NCBI GenBank assembly: GCA_016840465.1
Contig: JAEOSH010000029.1
Coordinates: 1 to 24,744 of the forward strand
Direction of reading: 5' to 3'
DNA length: 24,744 nucleotides
Source: Candidatus Baldrarchaeum yapensis
Lineage (GTDB): Archaea > Asgardarchaeota > Baldrarchaeia > Baldrarchaeales > Baldrarchaeaceae
A program made the translations under genes and the position numbers. Position 1 is the stretch's first letter; every line of letters begins with the position of its first letter. Below the pieces are notes generated by a model, which was not told where the DNA came from, did no database searches, and saw only the letters and a program-made list of their open reading frames with translations. Of the stretch, positions 15,735 to 24,725 are shown in pieces.

Positions 15735-17057
15735 TTAGTGGTAAAGGTATGTTGGTCTTGCGGGGATCGCCATGGCAGGAATGGCCTTTGTTTTCCCTTT
15801 TCGGGTTATTGCGGCAATAACTCCAATTATTATCGCGACAATTACAGCAATTACACCGATACCTAGGACAAGGGCTCCGTATCTTGATGGGATGGTCATA
15901 TGGAACTCCGTGATGGCAACGCTCTGTGATGCGACGCTGACATCTATCTGCTCACTTCCTCCGGCCTGTTTGGTCACCGCCTTCATCAAGCGGCCGACAG
16001 CAACCCTCTTGAGCATCCACGACAGCTTAAACGTCAGGTACCTCTCTATAGCTTCCAGCAATGGAGATACGAAATACTCCTTTATGAACTCGGTAACGAG
16101 CAACTCGACCAGTGATGGCACGTCAAACAGGTACTCCTCAATTATCTTGAACACCCAATCCGTGATCTTGGATGTGAACTCGGCATCATCAATGTCCAAC
16201 CGCAATTTTATGTTCGAGAACGTGACCTTCAGGGAATCAACGTCCTGAATGAACTTCAAACTCATCGGCTTGTCCACGAGCGCCTCTGCGTAGCCCGAAA
16301 CATTGATTTTCTCCGTTCCTGGTGCCGCCCACGTGACCTTATCCATCAAAGCCCCATCCACGTACAACTCCATTACAATGCTACTGTCAACGTTGTAGTT
16401 CACGACGAAGTCTGCATAAAGGTCGAAGTCGACCGATCCCTCAAATAGCACCTTGTCATCCATCAGGAACCTCAGCAGAAATTTTCCGTAACCAACTTTT
16501 GTCGACACGTTCTGCTTGCTCGTGTAGCTGTAACCTTCATTAGCGACCGGAAGGATCTTTGAACTGTTCAGGTTGAACGTCAGCGATGCAATGCCCGTGA
16601 AGTTGACTCGCTGCTCCCCAATCCCAGCATAAAAGTTGAAAATGACCGCCCACGCCAAAACCCCGGCCATAGTCATGTTTATGTAGTTGTCGGTGTCTAA
16701 AACCACCGTCAGCAGGTAGTTGCCCCGATCGAAGCTCGTAGTGATGTTGCCCTCTTCTCCCACACCCCACCATGACGACGTGTTTATCGTGCGATTCGCG
16801 GTCAACTCGGTACCGAGATAAAGCATGGTGCCCACTATCGGTATCTCGTACGATAGGTCTAGGTCTATTAGCTTCATTGCATTGCTTTGAACGGTTCCCG
16901 CCTCCCGATACCACCACAATGCAATGCTCCTAGTGTGGGTCTCGACGCCTTGCTCTAGGGGCATTGCTTGGAAGCAAATGGAAGTTAATGGCATCAACAA
17001 CAGTCCTGCGATCAGCAATAACGTGATCATCAGGGAGGTACTCCCAGCCATCCTCAT
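15735..17057 (-). CDS. Secreted, C-terminally anchored surface glycoprotein
   Basis: Start ATG 17057 after an AGGAGG SD, ATGA-coupled to the upstream gene. Signal peptide MRMAGSTSLMITLLLIAGLLLMP, 8 N-X-S/T sequons (NRT, NTS, NIT, NMT, NFT, NSS, NVS, NVS), C-terminal TM helix followed by RKGK. Confidence 0.85.
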   Translation of the reverse strand: MRMAGSTSLMITLLLIAGLLLMPLTSICFQAMPLEQGVETHTRSIALWWYREAGTVQSNAMKLIDLDLSYEIPIVGTMLYLGTELTANRTINTSSWWGVGEEGNITTSFDRGNYLLTVVLDTDNYINMTMAGVLAWAVIFNFYAGIGEQRVNFTGIASLTFNLNSSKILPVANEGYSYTSKQNVSTKVGYGKFLLRFLMDDKVLFEGSVDFDLYADFVVNYNVDSSIVMELYVDGALMDKVTWAAPGTEKINVSGYAEALVDKPMSLKFIQDVDSLKVTFSNIKLRLDIDDAEFTSKITDWVFKIIEEYLFDVPSLVELLVTEFIKEYFVSPLLEAIERYLTFKLSWMLKRVAVGRLMKAVTKQAGGSEQIDVSVASQSVAITEFHMTIPSRYGALVLGIGVIAVIVAIIIGVIAAITRKGKTKAIPAMAIPARPTYLYH

Positions 17058-17623
17058 GCCCCCTCCTGCGAGCCCGTCGGTGTGGTGACCGTTGGCGGTG
17101 TGACAGTCGGCCGGGCCGCCTTGTATCCTCTGTATATCCATAGACTATAAACAGCACTTCCGAGAATCAGGATCCCGATGACTATCATTGCAATGTCGCC
17201 AGCAGCGGGCCTGAAGGCATGCGCCTTATAACTCTCCTTAGCGATGATACCGAACTCTACGTGCACATCATCGATCCCTTTGTTGAGGATCCTCACCTCA
17301 TATTCCCCGGAAACCTGAGCGGTGAACGTTCTCGTAATGCTAACAAGATCGATGTCCGCCCAGACGATGTTCCCATTCGGATCCAATATCAATACGTCGA
17401 AAACGCTACCGCTCGCGTTTATGTAAAACTTGTCCCCCTCATTGAGTTCCGGCCACCACGTCCACTGGTAACCGGGCTCTATGGTTCTTGTCCAAGGCCC
17501 GTGCTCCACCCATATGTACTCCTCCACTTCCTTCACTGACAGCACTAGGCCGCCTATTATGCAACAGAACCCGATTACAAAGAGAATCACGCCTAGCCCT
17601 AAATATTCTTTCCCCTCCGGCAC
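17054..17623 (-). CDS. Two-TM membrane protein with extracellular beta-sandwich (GOLD/emp24- or PPC-like)
   Basis: GTG start after AAGGTGAGG SD. TM - FDVLILDPNGNIVW...FTAQVSGEYEVRILN - TM. The fold call is pattern-based only. Confidence 0.75.
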   Translation of the reverse strand: MPEGKEYLGLGVILFVIGFCCIIGGLVLSVKEVEEYIWVEHGPWTRTIEPGYQWTWWPELNEGDKFYINASGSVFDVLILDPNGNIVWADIDLVSITRTFTAQVSGEYEVRILNKGIDDVHVEFGIIAKESYKAHAFRPAAGDIAMIVIGILILGSAVYSLWIYRGYKAARPTVTPPTVTTPTGSQEGA

Positions 17624-18349
17624 TTCCCCTCACCTTATGCTCCCTAATATTTTGGCTTCACCATTCTCTTTCGCCACTACCATTTTTATCCTTTTCTATT
17701 GGCCAGTAGAGAGGCCTCTGACCCTCAAAACTGTACCGACAAATTATGTAAGTTCAACAACAAGAAGAGTCCTAATACGAATATCAGAAGGTATGAGGAT
17801 GCTATGCACGTAGCATTCTGATGCCAGAAAATGCCACGATGCGCCTAGCATTCACAGGTGCAGATTGTCCAAAAGCCCCGATACCGGCGTAACTCATTCA
17901 ATTTATTTAACGACTCTTTTTAGAACGATATCTGTAAATCAGACATAAATCTCCAAATGCAAATTTGATATATAATATTCCGGCTTCTCGACCCTTAATG
18001 AGAAAATTAAAGATATTTGCGACGAGATTTCTGAGAAAAAGAACACCCCTCAACGCAGTTTTCTCCCAACGGAGAAAGAACTTAGGAGATTACTTTGAGA
18101 CAAAAATAAAAACTTGATTTTTATCGCCTCCTTTATCGTCGGGCATGCTACGACAGCTCCTATCGCAATCGTAATAAAAATTTAATTTATTGAACGATAA
18201 GACCGTCACTCAAAAATTATACATCCGCACGAAGAATAGATGATTTTTATCGCGACGATCGGCAACGAGACTCGCGGTTCCCTCCATGACAAAATATAAG
18301 ATGCATAATTGCAATTATAATTACAGAAAATGTGTCTGTTGGTAGGGTG

Positions 18350-18451
18350 ATGAACTGTGGACTCCCGATAGCCCTCTTCGTGTTACTCCTGATAGGAATG
18401 GGGGCTCTCATCGGGGTGCATGAGTTACTTGTCCGAGACCGTGATCAGTAA
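18350..18451 (+). CDS. Unlisted 33-aa single-TM ORF (MNCGLPIALFVLLLIGMGALIGVHELLVRDRDQ), or the N-terminus of a decayed exported-protein gene
   Basis: AGGGTG SD directly upstream, TTATAA at 18315-18320, strongly hydrophobic helix. Confidence 0.45.
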   Translation: MNCGLPIALFVLLLIGMGALIGVHELLVRDRDQ

Positions 18452-18854
18452 ACTCGAGATAGATCTAATAACAGTCGTGGGGCGGTTGCCAACTAATGCT
18501 GGTATTTAATGTTTGCAACTCGACAGACCACGACACTCGGTCACTCCTAATATCATACAGCACCTACGTCGGGGAAGAGAAAATAGGAAGTAGATGCTTC
18601 GGACTCTAGGTGATGGCGCACTCGAAAGAGATCGCATCCTCCTACATTTATGTGCATTTCACACATGTTCCTAGGGTTAGCGCAACAGGATCAGGGAAGG
18701 AACTCGGCAATGCTAGAAAACGATATAATCTTATGGAAAGGAGAACACATAAAATATGGAAAGAGGATGACGGTATTTGGAGAGAAATTTTATTATTCTT
18801 TTAGGATATGTTTAAAATCCGAAGATGACGAGGTTTACTCGCAAATTTTTCAGG

Positions 18855-20027
18855 TTATGACTGCTTTTTAAAGAACAACAAGAATGTTACAATACAGAGC
18901 GATACTAACAGTAGGTCTAGAGAGACGACACCATTGAGACCAAATAGTATGAAGAGGTAATAGGGAGCCACGGGTCCCAAAGCGTATCCGACAAAGCGGA
19001 AGAATCCATAGATGGAAGTTGCTGTGGCCCTAAGTTCGGGGTTTATTTCTATGGCTAGGGTGTTTAGCGGGATGAAGGTGAAGGTTATAGATGATCCCAT
19101 TGCGAATAAAAGTAGGGGGAGATAAGTGAACCAGTCAATGAACATATACATTGATATTATCACGGTTAGGCTTAGAACTCCGACGATCACAACTCTTTTG
19201 CGTCCAAGTTTATCGGTCAGATAGCCGCCGACGAGACTGGCACAAATCCCGCCAAGACCCGCTATGAATAAGTAGAATCCCCATACGTCGGATGTGAGAT
19301 TGTAAGGGGGATATAAAACTATATTTGATAAGAATGTGTAAATGCTCATTCTCGTAAAGAAGAGAGACATGCCTATCATTCCCAATATGACGAGGGATGG
19401 ATCGAAGAGCCCCCGCTTTAATGTTTCGAATGCGTATTTTCTGTCAAATCGTCGAGATTCTTTTTCTTCTAATTTCAAAAAGAACGTTGTAAATAATAAC
19501 GTCAAACTTAAGGATAGTATTACCAAGAATGCGTACCTCCAGCAAAGAAGACCTAGAAATCCCCCAACTAGAGGCCCTAAGGTCGTTCCTAAGGTCGTGA
19601 GAAGCGCACCAACTCCCATAATCTTCCCCCTTTTACTTGCTTCGAAAATATCACCTATCAATGCCATGGAGATTGGAGTTACGAACGCCGAGCCTACGCC
19701 TTGTAATGCTCTAGAAAAGAGGAATATTGTGATATCTGGGGATAGATACGCAAGCAGAGCCCCAAGTGAGTACATTATTGCGCCAATGAGGAGTATTTTT
19801 CTTCTTCCATAGAATAGATCACTTAACAGGCCGGAAAACAACTGAATTGCACCAAATGGTACCATGTAAAATGTTATAGACAGATTGACATATAACATTC
19901 CGACATTAAAATCGCTACTAATGTGTTTAAAGAGGGGAAGAATCATGTTGCCTGCAAAAGGACCGCTGAAAACTGCAATAATGAAAATGAGCATCACAAC
20001 TATTTTTGTTCTCTCTTGCGCGAGCAT
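18855..20027 (-). CDS. MFS transporter, drug:H+ antiporter (DHA1-like)
   Basis: About 12 hydrophobic segments, motif A SGLLSDLFYGRR and GGYLTDKLGRK, RALQG, motif C GTTLGPLVGG. Confidence 0.93.
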   Translation of the reverse strand: MLAQERTKIVVMLIFIIAVFSGPFAGNMILPLFKHISSDFNVGMLYVNLSITFYMVPFGAIQLFSGLLSDLFYGRRKILLIGAIMYSLGALLAYLSPDITIFLFSRALQGVGSAFVTPISMALIGDIFEASKRGKIMGVGALLTTLGTTLGPLVGGFLGLLCWRYAFLVILSLSLTLLFTTFFLKLEEKESRRFDRKYAFETLKRGLFDPSLVILGMIGMSLFFTRMSIYTFLSNIVLYPPYNLTSDVWGFYLFIAGLGGICASLVGGYLTDKLGRKRVVIVGVLSLTVIISMYMFIDWFTYLPLLLFAMGSSITFTFIPLNTLAIEINPELRATATSIYGFFRFVGYALGPVAPYYLFILFGLNGVVSLDLLLVSLCIVTFLLFFKKQS

Positions 20028-20924
20028 GAGTTCTCACGCCTCGCAACCGGAAGCTTTCTATTCTCCTGATAATTCTTGATAAATAAAAAGTAACATCCTG
20101 TTAGTACTTCTGAAACTTTCTGAGGAATGGACATTTATAGTCTATCCATCCATTCACGCCACCCTCACCCTGCGGCGAAACGCGCACCAGCGGGCGCAAC
20201 ACTAAGCAATATCATGCAAACACAAAACACCAGCCAAGGACGGGCGCGTATCAACCATCCACTCGAAGGAGAGCATACCAAGCGCATTGAGAAAACGCAT
20301 GTGACCCGTCGGGGGCCGAAGCATAGCGCGAAATAAGGTAAACATATGAAAAATAAGTAATCGCAGAAATAGGTAACAAAAACTATCTAAGCGCAACGCT
20401 GCGCGAGCACGTCCGCACCCTTCGTGCCCCTACCATCTGATTGCGCATCTCAACGCCCATCTCCGCCAGTACTCTAAAGTATCATCCAATGATAAGCCGT
20501 GACGTGCAATCACAATCTACTTCTCCCCGCGCCGGTAAACAATGAGATCAACCCCTATCTGCCACCTCTCATTGCCCGCTCTCACAACGTACAGCGCATC
20601 GTTGATATTCTCTGCATTTTTCTTAAGCTGAAGTGTTACGAAGTCAAGGAGCATGTGAGGGGTCAGATGATGACGGTCATGAAGTTATTAGAGACCGTGG
20701 CCTTCATCAGGGATCTAGAAGAACATCGCTCTATTGAGTTTGCGGTTGCTAGCGTGCTAAAATAGGATACTTGCCGTGGTGTATCTCGGTTACCTGCTAG
20801 TGCGCCAATATTCCATGCTGTTAAGTGCTGGTAGGCGCCCTAAATCCTTCACATTCTTTAAGAAAAAGATCAGAAGCACTAACCAACATTCATTTTATTA
20901 GAGCGACATAACTGTAGTTTATGA

Positions 20925-21698
20925 TTATGAAATTTGCATAGGTGTGAAAGTAGATACTATGTTTACCGAGATACTGTCTATTCTTATGCCCTGCTTCTGT
21001 AGCAATACTCTTAGGTTAACAATAAATTTTCGGTGAGGCTTCCAAAAGTAAAGAACTGTTATCAGGAAAATTGGCCCAGTACTCATTAATAGTATTACTA
21101 TCAGAAAAACTATGGTGTCAATTAACTGTACTCTCGTAAATAAGGTTATCAGAAAGCCCGTGATGGCACCTATTCCTGCAAACCCTCTGATATATGTTAA
21201 TAGGCGCTCACCAATGTTAAGCACCCTGTCCCTACCTTCAGCATAAAGAGATCAGCCGCTATCAATGATAATCCAGATCATGGGGGAATCACAACAACTG
21301 CAGGTGCGAATACAATTATGAATATTATGGCGGTACTATTAACGATGTCATCCATTGTACGGAGGTTTAACTCCTTAAAGAGAATGTTTAAAATTCCAAA
21401 AAGCATGAGGACGAGACATACCGATTTGTCCATTGCCTTGGGAATTGTTTTCTCGACAGCGGTGGCACTCAGTATTCTGCCGGATATGAAGCTTCGACCC
21501 CTTTAGAGACTCTGTGTTTTTGCATCCAGTTAGCAGTGCTATGATTGGCATAAGTATCTTTAGAAAATAAGAGCTAGAGATGAGCTTACCTATTATGTAC
21601 CAGAATGCAGAAAGAAACTGCCACCGAGGCTATTAGTATTGGAAAAACATAGAAATTACGAGATATATGAGTATGGAACCTAGATCATGAGCGCCCAT
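20925..21698 (-). pseudogene. Decayed multi-pass membrane protein gene
   Basis: Consecutive hydrophobic segments in shifting frames: MGAHDLGSILIYLVISMFFQY**PRWQFLSAFWYIIGKL..., ...VCLVLMLFGILNILF...IIFIIVFAPAVVVIPP*SGLSLIAADLF, then the 99-aa ORF at 20925-21224. Stops at 21630-21635 and 21278-21280. Confidence 0.5.
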
Positions 21699-22018
21699 AG
21701 ACCTTTAAGGACACCTATTCCTTGCATTGACGTCCACCACAATTTTGGTAGTCCATCCCGATCTCTGTATCATTAGCAATCAAATAATCAAATAACGCAA
21801 ATTTCATGCCGTCATGATTAAAAATTAAACATCCATTAAAAAGCCCTCATCTCCATTGCAAGTCGTACGGAGCGCGACTAGGCGTGGCGCACTCTCTTGT
21901 GGTTTTATGTTAGCGGTATTACGATGTCGGATGCACTTTTCTATTTTCCGCCCACTTGTAATAGGTAATCATTATGCTGACAAATGACAACCTTTTGGTA
22001 AGTTCACAGATTCGAAGA

Positions 22019-22048
22019 TTTTAAAAGAACATGTACATGTACATGTTC
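22019..22048 (+). promoter_or_regulatory. TATA-like TTTTAAAA followed by perfect 22-bp palindrome GAACATGTACATGTACATGTTC (probable TA operator)
   Basis: Palindrome at 22027-22048 checked base by base. It abuts the AGGTGA SD of the AbrB antitoxin. Confidence 0.75.
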
Positions 22049-22059
22049 AGGTGACATGT

Positions 22060-22305
22060 ATGGAAGAGTACGTCGTGAGCGTCACGAATCGGTACATGAT
22101 AACAATACCCGCCAGGCTGAGGAGAAAGTACGGGATAGAGAAGGGGGCAAAACTCCTGATAAGGGATGTGGGGAACGGAATACTGATAGTTCCACCAAAG
22201 TCGTTTGAGGAAATGTTCGGCATCGATAAAAATCATAAAGAGGTGCTGCTGGAAGCAATAAAGGAGTTGGACCGCGAACACCGGGAGGAGGCTACCCACG
22301 ATTGA
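22060..22305 (+). CDS. vapB: AbrB/MazE/SpoVT-family antitoxin (VapB)
   Basis: SVTNRYMITIPARLRRKYGIEKGAKLLI swapped-hairpin motif. AGGTGA SD before ATG 22060. Coupled to the PIN gene. Confidence 0.9.
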   Translation: MEEYVVSVTNRYMITIPARLRRKYGIEKGAKLLIRDVGNGILIVPPKSFEEMFGIDKNHKEVLLEAIKELDREHREEATHD

Positions 22306-22700
22306 AGAAGTACGTCATCGACGCGGGAGTCCTCACGCTCTACTTTGTGGGCGACGAAAGAGTAAAGCCGTACATAAGTGAGGTGTTTTCAGGGTCTGCA
22401 ATCGGGATGATATGCCAGGTCAACCTCGCAGAATACTACTATAAAACCTGCCAGAAGCTGGGAAAGGATGTCGCGAAGACCCGCTACCACTGGATACTCT
22501 CCTCACCCATCAGGATTGTTCCGACAAATGACAACCTGACAATCACAGCCGGAAACCTGAAATGCAAATACCGAGGATTACTGTCACTGGCCGACTGCTA
22601 CGCTCTTGCCCTGGCAATCCTGAACAATGCAACCCTCCTGACAACCGACAGCGGCCTCAAGGAGACTCAAGAGGTGCCCGTTAAGTACTTTAAGGTATGA
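22302..22700 (+). CDS. vapC: VapC PIN-domain toxin
   Basis: YVIDAGVL, VNLAEYYY, LSLADCYALALA, LLTTD. TTGA overlap with the antitoxin stop. Confidence 0.93.
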   Translation: MKKYVIDAGVLTLYFVGDERVKPYISEVFSGSAIGMICQVNLAEYYYKTCQKLGKDVAKTRYHWILSSPIRIVPTNDNLTITAGNLKCKYRGLLSLADCYALALAILNNATLLTTDSGLKETQEVPVKYFKV

Positions 22701-23084
22701 TCAACGCGTCATAGGATATTAAGACTTTTTGACAATCTTCACTATACAATCATTTTCCTTTTTAGGGCCTCATTTCGATTAATCGGATCCTCGAATAATC
22801 TATACCCGCCAAACCCGCCGAGCCTTACCACCCGCCCATCAATCGATATAAATACTGGATTTTTCTTTATATTTTCGTTGCAAAACATGCAACCTTAACG
22901 AACTAACAGCCGCTAAGACTTGAATAACCGATGAACAAACGCTTAAACTCAAACACGAATCAGGATACTCGTACTCGGAAGGAACGACTTTTATCTCCCC
23001 GTCCCGTTCACCGCATTAATTGTGCAACGATTTTTACGTCATCGAACACAGCAGTGAACAAACTTGATTCGTCATACAAAGATG

Positions 23085-23111
23085 TATTTAAATTCATGAA
23101 TCATCATTCAT
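23085..23111 (+). promoter_or_regulatory. TATA-like TATTTAAA followed by ATTCATGAAT palindrome and ATGAAT-N4-ATTCAT inverted repeat
   Basis: Directly upstream of the RHH antitoxin SD (GGTGAT 23119-23124). Short arms, so low statistical weight. Confidence 0.4.
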
Positions 23112-23128
23112 CATTGATGGTGATACCG

Positions 23129-23368
23129 ATGAAGGTTGTTCAGACGAGGCTTAACAGCATCGAGTACGAAATGTTGCGGAAGTACGCCGAAGCCAAGGGG
23201 CTCACGATCACCGAGGCGCTCAGGGAGATCATCAGAAAAGCGGTAATGGAAGAAGAAATCGACAAAAATGATCCCATATTTGTGGAGGGACCGGCCGCTA
23301 AAAGGACAGGGCAGGTCGATAGAACCTCGGAGGAACACGATAAGGTGCTCTACGGTGATAGGGATTGA
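23129..23368 (+). CDS. Ribbon-helix-helix (CopG-like) antitoxin
   Basis: MKVVQTRLNSIEYEMLRKYAEAKGLTITEALREIIRKAV. GGTGAT SD before ATG 23129. The longer ORF from 22931 is not credible. Confidence 0.88.
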   Translation: MKVVQTRLNSIEYEMLRKYAEAKGLTITEALREIIRKAVMEEEIDKNDPIFVEGPAAKRTGQVDRTSEEHDKVLYGDRD

Positions 23369-23772
23369 TATTCGTAGACACCACCGCATTCTACGCCCTC
23401 GAAGTCGAAGATGATGTCAACCACGAAAGGGCCCAGTCCTTCCTTTTGAACGAAATACGCACCGGGAAGTACGGAATCATGATAACATCCGACTACGTGG
23501 TCGACGAGACGCTGACACTATTAAGGATGAGACGGGGAGTACAGATGGCCCTGAAATTCTATGATAAGATAAGCAGGAGCAGAAGCATCCGAATAGTATG
23601 GATAAACGAGGAAATATTCAATGAGGCGCTGGAAATCTTCAAGAAAAACGGAAAACTGAAGTGGAGCTTCACCGACTGTACAAGCTTCGCCATAATGAAG
23701 GCCCTAAACATACGCTTCGCATTCACGTTCGACAAGAACTTCAAACAGGCCGGATTCATTAAACTCCCATAG
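23365..23772 (+). CDS. vapC: VapC PIN-domain toxin
   Basis: IFVDTTAFYAL, VVDETLTLL, WSFTDCTSFAIM, FTFDKNF. TTGA overlap with the antitoxin stop. Confidence 0.94.
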   Translation: MIFVDTTAFYALEVEDDVNHERAQSFLLNEIRTGKYGIMITSDYVVDETLTLLRMRRGVQMALKFYDKISRSRSIRIVWINEEIFNEALEIFKKNGKLKWSFTDCTSFAIMKALNIRFAFTFDKNFKQAGFIKLP

Positions 23773-23930
23773 TAGCACTCCAAGGAAGAAAGGACTTTCT
23801 GATTCGTCGTTATCCTTTTCTTAAGTTGGCTTCTGCTGGCAGTATTATAACGCTAAAATACCTCATCCGTCTCCAACTATCAGTCCTAGATCCACCTGGG
23901 AGTAAATCGTAAAAACTCCCATTAAAACGG

Positions 23931-24725
23931 CTACTCTTCCTCCTTCACTATCTTGTGGGCAATAAGGGCGATCTTGTTCTGCTTGCAGAACTCCCTCGCG
24001 AGGTCCGTCGCCTCCGCCGCCACTATGACCCTGTCCGCCTTTATCCCCAGTAATTCCTCTATACGGCGCGTCTTCGCCCAGAACCACTCCGCATCATCTC
24101 TCTCCACGTAAGCCTTAACCTCTATGAAGACCTTACGCTCGTCCGTTATGAAAACGTCCACCTCCAAAACTCCCCCCTTCGGAACAACCTTCCCGTCCGG
24201 GTCCGTAACCTTCAGCCCCCGAATCTCCTTTATCTCGACCCCGAACCTCCGCAGCGCGTCCTCGTAGGTCTCGAGGATGAGCCTCTGGAGACCCCGACCG
24301 AGTCTACGCCCCACCGCACCCAGCTCTATCCTTATGTTCCGAACCTCCACCGCAAGCTCGTTCACCCTCCGCGTGAGGTCCGCCAGCCTCTCTTCAATAC
24401 TCGCGAACCTCTCATCGACCCTCGCAAATCGCTCATCGATTTTCACAAATCGTTCATTGTACTCTCTCCTCATTTCCGCGATGCTTTCCTCAATCCTTGC
24501 AAAACGCTCATCTATCTTCGCGAAACGTTCGTTATACTCCCGGCGCATCTCGGCGATACTCTCTTCAATACTCGCGAACCTCTCATCGATTTTTGCGAAC
24601 CTCTCGTTGTACTCCCGGCGGATTTCCTCAAACCTCTCATTAAATTCCCTCCGGAGTTCCTCGAACCTCTGGTTCATTTCCCTCCTCAGTTCCTCGAACC
24701 TGCGGTTGTACTCCTCCCTTATCTC
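23931..24725 (-). CDS. 5'-truncated coiled-coil + PD-(D/E)XK nuclease-fold protein (DUF3782-like)
   Basis: Repetitive coiled coil followed by LEVDVFI...FIEVKAY, an intact D...ExK motif. The 5' end is cut by the contig end and adapter. Confidence 0.88.
   Translation of the reverse strand, partial: EIREEYNRRFEELRREMNQRFEELRREFNERFEEIRREYNERFAKIDERFASIEESIAEMRREYNERFAKIDERFARIEESIAEMRREYNERFVKIDERFARVDERFASIEERLADLTRRVNELAVEVRNIRIELGAVGRRLGRGLQRLILETYEDALRRFGVEIKEIRGLKVTDPDGKVVPKGGVLEVDVFITDERKVFIEVKAYVERDDAEWFWAKTRRIEELLGIKADRVIVAAEATDLAREFCKQNKIALIAHKIVKEEE
24388..24725 (-). repeat. Coding tandem repeats: 11-aa and 7-aa units, 25-aa (75-nt) super-unit, and a 31-bp exact direct repeat (24388-24418 = 24559-24589)
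   Basis: RREYNERFAKIDERFASIEESIAE-type repeats. CTCTCTTCAATACTCGCGAACCTCTCATCGA occurs twice. Confidence 0.9.

Noticed and set aside
20127-20765. Short ORFs at 20127-20336, 20202-20396 and 20499-20765
   Set aside because: No motifs and mutually inconsistent frames. They may be remnants, but I could not stitch a coherent protein.
22742-22888. 48-aa minus-strand ORF MFCNENIKKNPVFISIDGRVVRLGGFGGYRLFEDP... with CCCGCC x3
   Set aside because: Protein-like but short, with only a weak SD and no family I can name. Needs a homology search.
22931-23128. N-terminal extension of the RHH antitoxin; likewise 11425-11529, 7896-7985 and 17058-17141
   Set aside because: SD sites and family boundaries place the starts downstream, and the extensions run through promoters or neighbouring genes.
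24400-24725. Regular repeats that could be mistaken for a CRISPR array
   Set aside because: No unique spacers; repeats are in frame, vary at third codon positions and encode a coiled coil.
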